Shown here: in pieces, positions 48,766-62,169 of the stretch | How the letters are laid out: every line of letters begins with the position of its first letter | How positions within the stretch are numbered: the stretch's first letter is position 1 | Source: Octopus sinensis | Taxonomy: Eukaryota | NCBI RefSeq assembly: GCF_006345805.1 | Contig: NC_043000.1 | Span: 159,030,001-159,094,000, forward strand | Direction of reading: 5' to 3' | Length of the DNA stretch: 64,000 nucleotides | Notes under the pieces: model-generated | Told to the model about the DNA's origin: nothing | The model's input: only the letters and a program-made list of their open reading frames with translations | Databases searched by the model: none | Translations under genes and position numbers: made by a program

Positions 48766-51269
48766 CATATACACATATAATTGCATTTTACACAGTGTTT
48801 CAGCAAAGAATCTCCGCTTTCGCAAATTCAATAGCTTATCTGCTTCATTGATAGAAGAGAAGATTCTTTGAAAAAGAAAATGTATTTGTAAGAAATACTT
48901 ATTTCTTCTACAGATAACTTTAACTCGTATAGTGTCTTGTCTGGATTTCAGGTCCCTTTGATATTTGATTCATGAACTTTCTGACACATCATACACAAAG
49001 ACACGCACACTCTGATATGCACACATACACAGGAACACAGAGTTACACATACGCATACAGTTTTACAAAACTTTACAAAAATATCAACGCTGGACAGTCG
49101 TGTTTATATTGCTAAAAGCATACAATATTTTACTTACTCTGTGTTATCCAATTTCATGATCCAGTTGTGCTAAAACCAAAGAGTAGTGAGAGAAACAAAA
49201 TTAATCACACACAATTATCATATAAAAGAATTAAATGTTCCCTAAGCACTACAAGCTATAACTGTATAGATATCAAATATATTCTCGATATATTCATCTT
49301 TTATACTATAAAAGCTGAGAATTGTTGGGAATTGCTGAGATCTGTGCTAGAAATTCAGTTGTATTTAGTTACATCCCACCACATTCTGCATTATAATTCG
49401 ACTAATTATTCATAAATGCACTCCATTCACAAACTATGGTCTTATCTCATACATTTCTACAGTTGTGGTCTGAACGGTGAGACAGAAATTGAAAAATTAA
49501 AACGTTAGTCTACAACGATTTGCAGCAGTTGTTTCGTTCTTCAATATATAAATTATATCAAGGAAACTTGCTTTGCCAATTTTTAAGAACCAATCAGAAA
49601 TGAGATTCTATATAATTAATAGAAGTTTCATTCAATACCTTACCTGTATAGATGCAAAAAAACAGTTGCTAATTCGACCATTAGTGTTATGTGGAGCAGA
49701 AGTAGAGTGTAGTCTTTACCTTTCAATACTTAACATCATTGACCAAATTCTACTGGAGTGGATGCACCTTTCGCTCTTCCAGGTTCAATAAAATATGTCA
49801 GTTATGTTTTTTTATTGATTCTAACAGGTGATCGAATTAGCAAAATGTTTCTCTGCTGCTAATTTGAGAAATCATAATTAGCAACTGTACTGCTGAATAA
49901 TGGGTCTTTAAATTCTCTTGTAACACATAACTAAGAGTGATATCTCAATTTATAGCATGCATAAGTATGCAACTTATGCAGCCATCTGTGGAGAACGCAA
50001 TGTTTATTTTATTTACTTTTTATTTTTTTACGGCGGATTTGAACCATACATTTAAATAGCTCTATTAAATGCCTGATATCTTTTGCTACAGTATACATAA
50101 AATTTTGAGTCTTCTTCTTGTTCAAAATAACGATAATCTATAACATACTAAACTTCTGTCCTTGTTAGGTAAAGAAAATACTTTTCTCTCAAGAGACATT
50201 ATATTTCCGGAAAAGTTGATATATTTAACAGAAATATAAGACATTATAGAACCTGACATAGTCAAGTCTAATATACTTCATTCAGTAAGTAGGCTGCATA
50301 TTAACTTTATGCCTCCTATTCCCATGTTATTCGTGCAGATTTGCAGAAATACCTTACTTCGATCAGTGATACACAATATACGAATTAATCTTGATCTTCC
50401 TACACACGCTCCAAAGAAGCCTGGTATGTATTTTAGAAAATTGATGGAATGAGCTTAGAATGGAGTGCAAATTCGTGAAAAATTGCCATTAGAAAATTGC
50501 GGCATATAATGGACATTTAAGAATGTTACTTAAGCTTATCTCGATACGTTTAACGTAAAAGGACACATCTACTTACCTCTTCTATTTGCTATTATGTCTA
50601 ATTCCCAGATGTTTTACTTTTTTACCTCAAACATCCTCAAGTTGTTTTATATGTGTGTGTGTGTGTGCGCGTTAGTCTGTATTATATATATTTATGTATA
50701 TATGAATGAGTCTATTGTTATTAAGCTAAATAGTTACTCGACATTTTACGGATAAATTTCCAGAAGACTTTTAATTTTTTACGCTGATATTATGCAGCTT
50801 GACATCAGAAACCATTTACGCTGTATGACTACTACAAATTCTTAGGCGTTTTCAGCGCTAATATTAAAACTTCTCTAGCACATTTGAAACCTACTTTCCA
50901 ATGATTACGGTAATTGCATGAATAAATTGATTTGCAAATTCACGTAATGAATACCGAGCTTTGGGGAGCACATTCGCTCCAGCTGTTTCACGCTTCGGCT
51001 TCAAGAACCGAAGAAAACACATTTTCTCTACACGTATTTTTCTTTGTAACTAATGTAGTTATTGTGGAAGCAACTACTTATGTATGTATTTGTCTATGTC
51101 AGGTGAGTATTTATACTAAATTTTGGTAAATGTTTGGTTGTATACTTGCGTGTATTCAGGAAGAAATGACATTTTAGAGATTTCAATAGAGATAGTCATT
51201 TCAAGTTTTGTTCTATGAATAAGTGTTGTACAGCTTCTTCCCTTTTCTTATTTATATATGTAGCGTTGT

Positions 51270-51424
51270 TTTGTGGTAAGAAGCTTGCTTACGAAGAGCA
51301 GGGTTCTGAGTTTAGTCCCACTGCGGAGCACTTTCGGCAAGTAAGTGTCTTCTGCTATAGCCTTGGGGTGACCAAAACCATGTGAGTGGATTTGTTAGAC
51401 GGAAACTGAAAGAAGCCTGTCGTT

Positions 51425-51467
<43 letters not shown>

Positions 51468-51750
51468 GTGTGTGTGTGTGTGTGTGTCTGTGTGTGTCTG
51501 TGTGTGTCTGTGTCTCTGTGTGTGTGTGTGAGTATGTGTGCGTGAATGAGTGTATGTGTGTATGCATGTATGTTTATGTGTCTGTTTCACTGTCTGTCCT
51601 CCCACTATTTTTTCACAACTGATGTTGGTGTGTTTATGTGCCGTAAATTAGCAGTTCAGCAAAAGATACCCATAGAATAAGTACTAAAACACTTGAATGA
51701 GATGCACTAGCATGACCGCAGTCAAATAAATGAAACGGGTGAAAGAATGA
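51270..51750 (+). mobile_element. SINE family A, full length, diverged, internal (TA)n(TG)n
   Basis: Head gtggtaagaagcttgc..gaaactgaaagaagcctgtcg, microsatellite, 3' half ..gcatgaccgcagtcaaataaatgaaac. Confidence 0.8.
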
Positions 51751-52879
51751 AAGAAGAGTTCCTCTGTTATCAAAAAATTGTACAGTAGATTTTTAATAAG
51801 ATTTGGCAGTTGATTCTAATAACTCAATCGACTAAGTAAGACGTGGTACCAAGCTTATAGATGAGGATATAGAAGAACGAAACAACACCCAGTGCATTTA
51901 TATGAAACAACACAAGGATGAAATGATATATTGATGCCAAAGTGGATTTGAACGTATACGATGTAAAGTGACGTAAATTCATTCCACAAATGATTGTATC
52001 TAATGCCTTATCTATTCTTCTATACATCATTCAACATAAATTTTTTAATACTCCTACAAAATTAAGTGCTTTGCTGCTACTATTGCAACCGTTGTCGATG
52101 TGGTAGTAGGAGTGGTGGCAACAGCGGCAGGGTTCGTAGTGGTGCAGCGGTGATAGTTGTAGTGGTGGCAGCGACCGTCATAATGGCATTAGTGTTAATA
52201 GCAGTGCCGGTGGCAGTGCCGGTGGTAGTGATGGTGGTGGTTTTGACAGCGATGGTGGTAACGTGATAGTAACGGTGTTTTCATTTGATTTTTCCTCCTG
52301 CACCTGATAATTGAAATGTTCGCGCCACTGGTGACCTTATTTAGGATGATTCTTATAGTTATAGTTGCAATTCTGTCATTTCCTCGTTTTATTGGTGGTA
52401 TTGTTGTTGCTTTTGTACTTGTGTTAGCAGGAAACTGGCAGCATATCAGCAAGTGGTCATCAAAACGATGGTAACGATGACTATGACAGCGACGACAAAC
52501 ACGAGAAAAAGCAGTGAAAACGAGAACGAAGCGTACAACTCAGATGTCAGCGACGAGAAAGAAAACAAGGAAAAAGAAGAAAAAAAACGCCTAAAATAAT
52601 AAAAAAAATTATGGTAAAAATAAAACGGGATTAATTTTGCTGCAACTAATAACACTAATACTGCTGTTTGTTTTTGTTTCTGTTGTTGTAGTGATGGAGT
52701 TAGTTGATATTGCTAGCACATATCCGATGCTGCAGATAAGAGATTAGTGGACGTAATGTTATTGAAGATGGCGGCGAGGAAGACGGTGATGGTTATAATG
52801 GGGTTATATTGATGAAGGTGATTGTCAGCGTAATCATATGAAGCTGATGAGAATGATAATGACTGGTAATGATAAGAGA

Positions 52880-53001
52880 GAGTAATTGGAGAAGAGGAAT
52901 GGGACGATTGCTATTAATCGAAAAGTTGTCGATATTGATGACAACGGCAAGGACGATGATGGTCATAACATCGCCATCGACGATAAAGATTACGGTGGCG
53001 G

Positions 53002-53033
<32 letters not shown>

Positions 53034-53173
53034 GGGTGAATGTTGGTTGTGTTTGTGGAGGTGGTGGAGGTGTTGGTGGTGATTGTATTGCTGCACCTGG
53101 TCGTGTTGATGCTGACCGTAGTTTTGTTTTTGTGGTGTTGCTGCCGCTGTTGTGGTTGTTATTATTTTTGGCG

Positions 53174-53205
<32 letters not shown>

Positions 53206-53560
53206 GGTGGTGGTGGTGGTGAGGGTGGTGGTGAGGGTGGTAGTGAGGGTGGTGTGAGGTGGTGGTGGTGAGGGTGGTAGGGAGGGTGGTGTGAGGGTGG
53301 TGGTGGTGGTGGTGAGGATGGTGGTGAGGGTTGTGGTGAGGGTAGTGGTGAGGGTGGTGTGAGGATGGTGGTGAGGGTAGTGGTGAGGATGGTGGTGAGT
53401 GTGGAGGTGGTGAGGGTGGTGGTGGTGGTGGTGGTGGTGGTTGTGAGGGTGGTGGTGAGGGTGGTGGTGAGGGCGGTGGTGAGTGTGGAGGTGGTGAGGG
53501 TGGTGGTGTTGGTGACTATGTTGGCGGTGATCGTAGGCGTTGATGGCGGTGTATGTGTTG
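52880..53560. repeat. GAT/GTT/GGT low-complexity region with an about 9-bp GGTGGTGAG minisatellite (53190-53520)
   Basis: Directly visible; gives VVR-repeat and His-rich pseudo-ORFs. Confidence 0.9.
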
Positions 53561-54361
53561 GAAGTGGAGAACTTTCAAACTCTCACTTCGTCTGTCAGTG
53601 AGAGCCAGACATTTTATAAACTGCGCTACTTCGGACGCCCGTTGAATTATTCTTCACGGCTGACGTATTTTTGCCGCATTCTTGGTCTTTACAGAATAAC
53701 TGCCGTGAAGTAGAAAACTACTCGAAGTCACGAATGTCTGCACTAAAACCAAAGTATTTTTTTATTATTAAATCACAAACAAACGGTGAATCTAACAGAA
53801 TTATTAAATCAAATGTCTAGTTGTTACTTCGTTGCTTTGGATCTATATTCACCTCTCGCTAGAACAAAATTTCAAATCTGAACGATTTGCATTGTCAGAT
53901 TTTTTTATTCTTCTGAGATATCTTTTTTTCTAATTTGGCTGGTTTCAGAAACCGCAAAATGCTCGCACTGTGGTATCGGTTTTAGGAAATTCATTTAATT
54001 ATATCCCTCACGGTAAACTGTTTTTCTCTCTCTCTCTCTCTCTGTCCCAAGGGAATGAGCGACAAACTTGACCCTGCTTATAGAGAAGAATAGCAAAAAT
54101 TCTCCAAGAAACATTCTCTCGGTGTACTGTGCAATGCTCATGACACACCCACTACCAGACACAGATAAACACACACACACACACACACACATGCATATAG
54201 ATTAAACTTTGACATTACGATGCTAATAACCTGGTTAGATCTCAATATATATGTGAATGAGTGTTTGTGTGTATATGTATATACATGTATATGTATATAT
54301 GTGTGTATATGTAGGTCTGTATACATATGTACGTATGTGTGTATGTATGTGTATGGATATG

Positions 54362-54392
<31 letters not shown>

Positions 54393-54393
<1 letters not shown>

Positions 54394-54608
54394 CTCTTTT
54401 ACTCTTTTACTTGTTTCAGTCATTTGACTGCGGCCATGCTGGAGCACCGCATTTAGTCGAGCAAATCGACCCCGGGACTTATTCTTTGTAAGCCCAGTAC
54501 TTATTCTATCGGTCTCTTTTACCGAACCGCTAAGTGACGGGGACGTAAACACACCAGCATCGGTTGTCAAGCAATGCTAGAGGGACAAACACAGACACAT
54601 AAACACAC

Positions 54609-54664
<56 letters not shown>

Positions 54665-54830
54665 TGACAGGCTTCTTTCAGTTTCCGTCTACCATATCCA
54701 CTCACAAGGCATTGGTCGGCCCGGGGCTATAGCAGAAGACACTTGCCCAAGATGCCACGCAGTTGGAATTGAACCCGGAACCATGTGGTTGGTTAGCAAG
54801 CTACTTACCACACAGCCACTCCTGCGCCTA
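54393..54830 (-). mobile_element. SINE family A, full length, near-consensus
   Basis: Head ggcgcaggagtggctgtgtggtaagtagc.., internal TA/TG repeat, tail gcggtgctccagcatggccgcagtcaaatgactgaaacaagtaaaagagtaaaagag. Confidence 0.93.
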
Positions 54831-54839
54831 TATATATAT

Positions 54840-56720
54840 AATTAAATTATAAAAGTAGAAATTAATATTAATCAATTAAAACCACTGGCTTAGCATATTT
54901 AAAAAATCTGAAGATTAAAAATTGCGAGAAATGACCACTAAAGTGGACACCTAATATGCTAAACATAGACATCAAATCACCATTACCACGAAGAAAGTGT
55001 TCTCGTGACAATGGCGATTTCACGTCCATTTCGAGGATGAGGCTGACCGCGCTTAGTCTGCAGATTACAGTAAATCTATGGGGGCTAACTTCTCTATATT
55101 TCGTGACGCAATATTTTATTGCAGTAATTCCCAAATCATGTCGAATGTTTGTGTACAAGTTTGTTACATCAAAACTAACAATGAATTGGATTTTGTTTTT
55201 TGGGGGCAGATGTGACAGGGAATCAATGTCATCCTGAATGAAACTGGGTATGTGAATACATAATGGTTTTAGGATTATATCAATGAGGTTGATCAGAAGA
55301 TATCTATGACAGACTGAACCAGCTATAATGGGTTATAGTTTAAGGTCTTTTGGTTGCAGTAGTTTTACATACATTACTTATATTATTTACAATTGACGGA
55401 TATTAAATATAGAACTGTAATTTTACATATTCACTACCTTGTTTCTTTATAGCATTTTGTATTTCTTCTGACTTGTATATTTTAGACGGGCCATAAAAGT
55501 TTCTGGATTTCGACTCAAACTTGGTAATATAGTCTCATTAGGATTGAGGGAGTTATGATGTTTTCAGACTAAATAATTGAGTTTCTTCATGATGCGGTGG
55601 ACAATATTTGAGGGTATTTCACGGTAAAATGTTGAATCCTTCAACTGATCTTCAGTTAGATCCCGGTAATATTCCGTAATCATTATAACAATGACACCCC
55701 CTTTACCCACTTGTTTGATGACGATTGTGTTGTCATTTTGAAGACGTATAAGGGCAGACTTTTCTAGTTTTGAAATGTTTGGTCTGACGTTGAATTCTGG
55801 AGAGGATATCAAATGATCTAGATTTGTATTTCATCCTTTTGGTGGGTTAAATTTTGATTTATTTTACGCCAAGGATTCGTCATTCTGGCTATTCTTATCA
55901 GTAAAAAAAACTTCACAAGTCGTAGTTTCCGACAAAGGTTTTGGATATCTTCCTCCAATTCCGGATGGCTGACTGTGGTTGTAGGTGTGAATTTTAGTCC
56001 TTTCATCAATAACCGAAGTTCGTCGCCAGATTAACAATTTTAGAGTCTATCCTGTCAGTTGTTTCAGAGGTGTTTCTTCTTGGACTTTTTCTTTCTCCGG
56101 TGTTTGCTGTCCTGATCCTAAAATATATATTCTTTTTTTTTTGTCTATTATTTCTTCTATTATTGACATATTTTCTCTGGTGAGCTTTGTATTTTGGTTG
56201 TGGTGTTTGGTTAGATATGTTTATTCTCTTGCTCCTTGGTGGAATATATTATTTATATTTCCAGTTTGTCAAACCTTTGGGAGTTTATTTGAAGGTCTAG
56301 TATTTTTTTTTTTTTGCTCTGTTTCTAGTAGGTGATTTTTTTGAGATCTTGAATATGATTTCGTCTCTGTATTTTTACTTCTAATAATTTGATCAAATGA
56401 ATAATTGTTTTGTTTACTAACGTTTTGACCAAAGGAATTATGCTTTGTTCACGATATTCTTGTATGTTAAGTGAATTGGTATGTTTCTTTGTATTTTTAA
56501 ATGATAAAAATGTCATACCGTAGTTCCTTGTGGTTGACTGTTTTTTTGTTGCCACGTGTTTTCGTGTACGTTGTGTTAGTTAGGTTGCTTCCTTATACTC
56601 TTTTACGTAGTACTGAGGTGTCATTACCGTAGTTTGCAGCTTCTTTCTAAATTTGTTTCGTTAAGTTCGTGTATTCATGCTGACTGTGTTAGGCTGTCTC
56701 TTGGACTTGCTCTGTTGTAC
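54840..56720 (-). mobile_element. Penelope-like element A (N-terminus + RT up to the FDV motif, then terminal segment)
   Basis: KGLKFTPT..DIQNLCRKLRL; NISKLEKSALIRLQNDNTIVIKQVGKGGVIVIM..YY; IDIILKPL; SFDVTNLYTNIRHDLGITAIKY. Confidence 0.88.
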
Positions 56721-58900
56721 TCCATTGTAAATTGAATAATTGGATTTATAACATTGAGTAGTGATTTAAATTCAAATAGTTTATCGATATTCTCATCCAA
56801 ATAATAACGCAGTCATCGAGATATCCTTTCTAGTTCTCTCTTATATAATGGTAAAATGAGTATCCATGTTTTTGTAGGGATACTTGATATATAATTAATT
56901 ATAAATGTACCATATTATTTTCGCAAAACTGGGCTGCTTTTGTTCCTGTCACAATTCCACATTCTTGTCGGTAAGTAGGTGCTATCAAATAAAAAGTAAT
57001 TGTTCTCGAGGATAAGTTTTAAAGTCTCAATTATAAATCTTGATTCATGTGCTCTGGATGTTCTACGAGATAGTTTTCCAGACAGAATTTTATTGCTTCT
57101 TTCCCATAGTTGTGTGAGATATTGGTGCATAGATTCACAAAATATCGAAGGAAACCCAAATTGTCTCTTCGTTGTCAGTTTTTGGTAGGTGATTTAACTT
57201 ATATAGTTCATCTCTAATGATATATTTCAAAAGGGCTCCAGTAGAATGTCTAGAAAATTGTTTAAGCGGCGGCCTCCCTGCGCTGGGCTAGCTATAATGT
57301 GTCTTAATTTTAAATCTTGTGGAGCTTGGACATTGATGTATATTCTTGGTGATTGTAGTTTTGGCTTCATTGATAATGCAGCTCTTGTGGTTTTTAGGTA
57401 GACCGTAGATGATACGAGGTTTACATTTCAAATTTAGGATATAATCTATTTTTGTCTGTCAGAGCTTTTCCATGTACGTGAGTTAAGAATGCAAGATTTT
57501 CCATTGTTTTCTATTGTTTATAGTTTTCAAACTTTTCGTAGAAGGTATCGTTTTCTAGCCTGCACAATACTAGATTTCTGTAGTATTCTGTGTCCATCAA
57601 AACTACAGCACTTCATTTGTCGGCTTCTTTGATTCTCAGTTCGTTTTTCGTTTGGCAGTTCAATTAAATTTTTCCATTCGATATTGTTCAAGTTTGAGTT
57701 CATTCATCACTTGTGTAAAGTATTATTCAGGATATAGTCACAAAGCCACCAAGTGTTTTATTGCTACATTTAGGTGGGAAATAATTACTTTTGTTTTTGA
57801 CCAGTGATCCATCGTCGTTGTTATAATTATTTAGTGATTCTGTAAGTCACAATTTCCTGCAAAATTCGTAATATTCTCTTTAATTTCGCGCAGGGTTGGG
57901 TAACTTTTAGTCCTTTTTCTAGCATATTGATTTTTTTTTCTTTTTTGAAAAACTTTTCTTTGATACATTGGGTTTTTCCTGTATGTTATGTTCCAACGGG
58001 TGTACCTGTTTTTTGGACTGGATGTGCTGTCTGAGCAAATTGTTTGTAACTTCGTAGTTTGAGCTTCTTCGTTGAGGGTTAAATGTATTCTCCTGGGTGT
58101 TTTTAATTGCTGGTGGGAAATTAGTATTCCCATCCCCGGGGTGGTTTCTTCTACTCTTTCTAATTTGTGAGATGTCCCTATTTCTAGTTCGAAGACGATT
58201 TACTTCCAAGTGAAAGCTTTGTTATGTGAGGATGTGTCTTTTTAAATGTTTGTAGTTTGGTCTAATTGGTTGTTTGGTCATTTCTGTATCGACTTTCACC
58301 CTGCATTTCTTCAGAAAAGAGTTATTGGAATTGTACTCTCTTTTGAACTGGGTTTCATAATAAGGGAATAAATTTACTTCTTCATATTCGGTTTACTTTC
58401 CATAGATTTAGAACACTTTCTATAGGCCGTTTATCGTGTTTAGTGATATGCATTTCTTGATCAATATTTATATTGATTTATATTTATTTATATATGTATT
58501 TATATTTTTGTTCGTTATTCGATGTTCTGAGTTTAAGTAATTCAATTTCTAGTTAAATCTTCTCTAGCGCTAATTTCTCCCTTAGTTGTCTTTGCTTTTC
58601 AGGCTAGAATTGGCTTCATTCGTAGTTTGCGTCGAAATATCAATCAGGTTAAATTCTTCCAACGTTCATATATTTCTGCCTCACTACTATCTTTAACCAT
58701 GTTCCAGGATGTAAAATTTCTTGTGTTTAGGTTTTTCGTTCACATATGGCTCATGCGGCCTTCAATTAAATGTGCTGACATTTGTATATTTTCTTTGTAT
58801 CTTTTGTGTTTGGGGTATTTAAAACAAAATTGGTTACAAAATTGAGTGTAAGATTGTGAATAGTTGATTCAAATTTTGACTAACAGCTTAATCTAGATTG
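56720..58900 (-). mobile_element. Penelope-like element B (long N-terminus + RT through YLDD), directly upstream of element A
   Basis: LRIKEADK*SAVVLMDTEYY; YGLPKNHKS; WVSFDI..NLCTNISHNYGKEAIKF; FIIETLKLILENNYFLFDS; YLDDCVIIW..INPIIQFTMEYN. Confidence 0.85.
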
Positions 58901-58996
58901 TCTTCTTCCTTCACTTATAGTTGTTTTCAGAGTACAGCAATGCAATTAATCGATTTTGTTAGTATGGACAAATTTGGGATATATATATACACACAC

Positions 58997-59029
<33 letters not shown>

Positions 59030-59032
<3 letters not shown>

Positions 59033-59350
59033 ATTCTACTTGTTTTAGTCTGTTGGTCGCGGTCATGCTGGGGCACCACCATGTAAAATGTTTAGTTGAA
59101 CAAATTGACTCCACGTCATTTTAAAGGCTAGTAAATATTCTATCAAAGCTCTTTTGCCAAACCGCTAAGTTACAGGCACTTAAACACACCAAAACCGGTT
59201 GTCAACGGGTGGGAGGGGTGATAAACACACACTCACATACAAATACGCACAAATATACATATACGGCGCGTTTCTTTTAGATTCTATGTATCTATCAAAT
59301 CTACTCACAAGGCTATCGTACAATACATTTTCCTAAGGTGCCATGCAGTG
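59030..59350 (-). mobile_element. SINE family A, diverged
   Basis: gcggtcatgctggggcacc..gctcttttgccaaaccgctaagttac..tctactcacaaggct..cctaaggtgccatgcagtgg. Confidence 0.7.
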
Positions 59351-61954
59351 GAATAAGTTATATAAGTTTATTTATTTATTGTAGTCTTACATCTGTTTCA
59401 GATATGTTTTTGGAAGCTTTCTTTGTTCAATTTTGCCAACACTATTTTTCAATTCTACCAATGCGATATCTTCCTCAGAGTGAAAACAAATCGACTGCCA
59501 AACAAAAAGAAGGAAAGAAAAGAAATAGGATTGAATTGGGTTAATGTGACACGGGTGAATACTATTGACATCCAGTACGCTAGCCGCAACTCAAATCATC
59601 CAGATGTATTATAAATTCTATAGTCAAGATGGTGTCATTTAGAATTTCTAAGCTTTCAGCCGACGAGCAAATCTTTAAACACACGAGGGATATTACAAAC
59701 TGGAACAAGCGAAAGCGGGTTCCAGCGAACAAATTGAATAAATCTCAAACCGCCATTCGGTCAAGGATATCAACGTTAAAAATTGGACGTATTAGGATTC
59801 TGGCGACTGCCATAATAACACAACGTACTCCAGGACTGGCTGTAATGAATATACGTAAGGAAAATTTAATGGATATCAATACATATCATTTATGTTAAGA
59901 CGGAGAAATATCTTCATGGTGCCGGTTAGAAACAGTCGACTTAATTCTGTACAAACGCCATACTGACCACATTCCATCTCCTTTCACTGTCTCTGTGGTT
60001 ATCTTTATTTTCAGTTGATCAACCAAGCGATTGATACAATTGAACAATGAACGCACCGAAATGCATACATGCAGCAGCTAAGCATATAATAAATAATAAA
60101 TAAATAAAGCTCCTTGTTTCTGTCCATATATACATATATATATATATAAGTGAACAATCGAAAGAAAGAGCACTCAACACATTCATTGGGAGATACATGT
60201 ATTATTCAAAGTAGTTTGATTCAATTCCATGCTACGTAAAATTTTGAAGGCCCTGACAGAGACTTTGTCGTCAGGTTGGTAATAATCCGAATTTCGGATT
60301 ACTACCAGCCCCACAAGAAAGGCTTAGTCATGGCGTTCGAAACTTGAAGTAGTATGAAATCCAAATCAGATGTATGTGTGTGTGTGTGTGGTCGATTGTT
60401 CTTTTAGCGTCCGTTTATCTATGCGATCATTTATTGGATGGCTCTCCCTTTCGTCAGCAGTTTTAAGCCGAATATTAGTCCTGTCACCAACTCCAAACTT
60501 TATTTTTACAAATAATAGATTCTTTCATTTTCCATTAGTCTTCAGACGTGCAGAGCAACGAAGTAACGGGTCACTTGCAAAGACAAGTATTTGGAGAAAA
60601 TCAACATTGTTTTATCGTCAAATCAACCTCAATGTCATCACGAATATAACAATTAATTTCTGTTAATTAGGTGACATTTTCCAATTATACACAACTTTCA
60701 TAAATTCTTAAAGCATATATTGTTGAGGAAATATGTGCTTTTCTTAACGAGCCTTGCTCCCTGCTCCAATATTTGAATCCATGAACTTAAGATAGTTGGC
60801 ACAAAACCCTAGACACCAGGCCACTTGTCCTCTGTAGCTTAATTTTACGCAACGTAACTAATGGAAGAAGACATCATAAATAATAAAAGATTCATTGTAT
60901 AGACTTGCGTTTGATTTACTGAATGCGATTCAGCATCGTCACCTGACTTCATCTAGTACAACTAGTATCTTAATATCGCCGGACTCTGACAACTTCACAT
61001 ACGGTTTTAGGAAAATGAAAACGTAAATCGGAGAAATAAAACAGATTCTAGAAAAATCGGATAATTTCATCAATTTGTAAACATTTTAAGTAAAGCAATT
61101 TTTTTCAAAGAAGCTTAAAAACAAAATATAATATGTCTCACAATTTTAGCAATATATTTTGCATTATTGTACAAACATGATAATAATGTTTGAAGAATAA
61201 TGTTTATTTATTTGTTCGTCTAGTTTTCATTTGTTCACGTATAAAATAGTAATATGGCTTGGCAGTAAAATGAAGATATTTCAAAGAATAAAATAAAACT
61301 CACCCTCGCTTCAACACACACATACATAGAACGAAAATAAATTGAATTAAGAATCTGCTAAATAACTTTTTATTTTTATTTTTTGCAGATTTAAATTCTA
61401 GAAAAATTCTCTAACGAAAGACATTGAGAAAATATATCCATAATTTAATGAAATACATAAGTTAATATGGGAGTTTACTATTTCCATAGTAAAAATAAAA
61501 TGCTACATATGAAGAGGGAATAAACACGTGATTATTTGTAAACATGTTTGTCGGAAAGATAGATTTAAAACTTAATAATTTATTTATAATTTGTGGACGT
61601 AAATCAAAGTTCCGCGAAACAAATTTTACTGATAAGAATACGAAGTGAAAAGCTAAACACAAAGCAAGAAATAAGAATGTTAACGTCTAAAGTAACTAAG
61701 TATATGTGTTTAGGTATGTATGTGCATATATGCATATATATACATATATATACATATACATATACACACACACATATATATATAATTTATATTTAATTCT
61801 TATTCACATATCGTACTTTTCTGGGGGTTTTCTTATACGTATATATGTGTATATGTTTACTTTTATATAAATATTATTCATATTTAAATCTTACTTTATT
61901 CATATTTTGAAAATGCATATCAACGACCAATATATATATATATATATATAATAT

Positions 61955-61987
<33 letters not shown>

Positions 61988-62169
61988 TATATTTAATTCT
62001 TATTTATATTTGCAAATCACATATCGTACTTTTCTTCTTTTTTATGTATGAATGAGCTACTCCGCGTCAGTCACCCGAGTGATATTTGATTATCATATAG
62101 TGTGTCTGAATGTCGGTTTGATGTCTGGAATTGAATAGCTTACCTCTTAGGCAAGTAGAAGCGCTTAAA

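Noticed and set aside
52886-53601. Val/Arg-repeat and poly-His ORFs suggesting a His-rich structural protein
   Set aside because: Fully explained by GGT/GAT/GTT simple repeats.
60405-60520. PFIYAIIYWMA after an acceptor-like site, reminiscent of ABCG transporter helices
   Set aside because: Short, hits a stop within 35 codons, no other ABC exons in the window.
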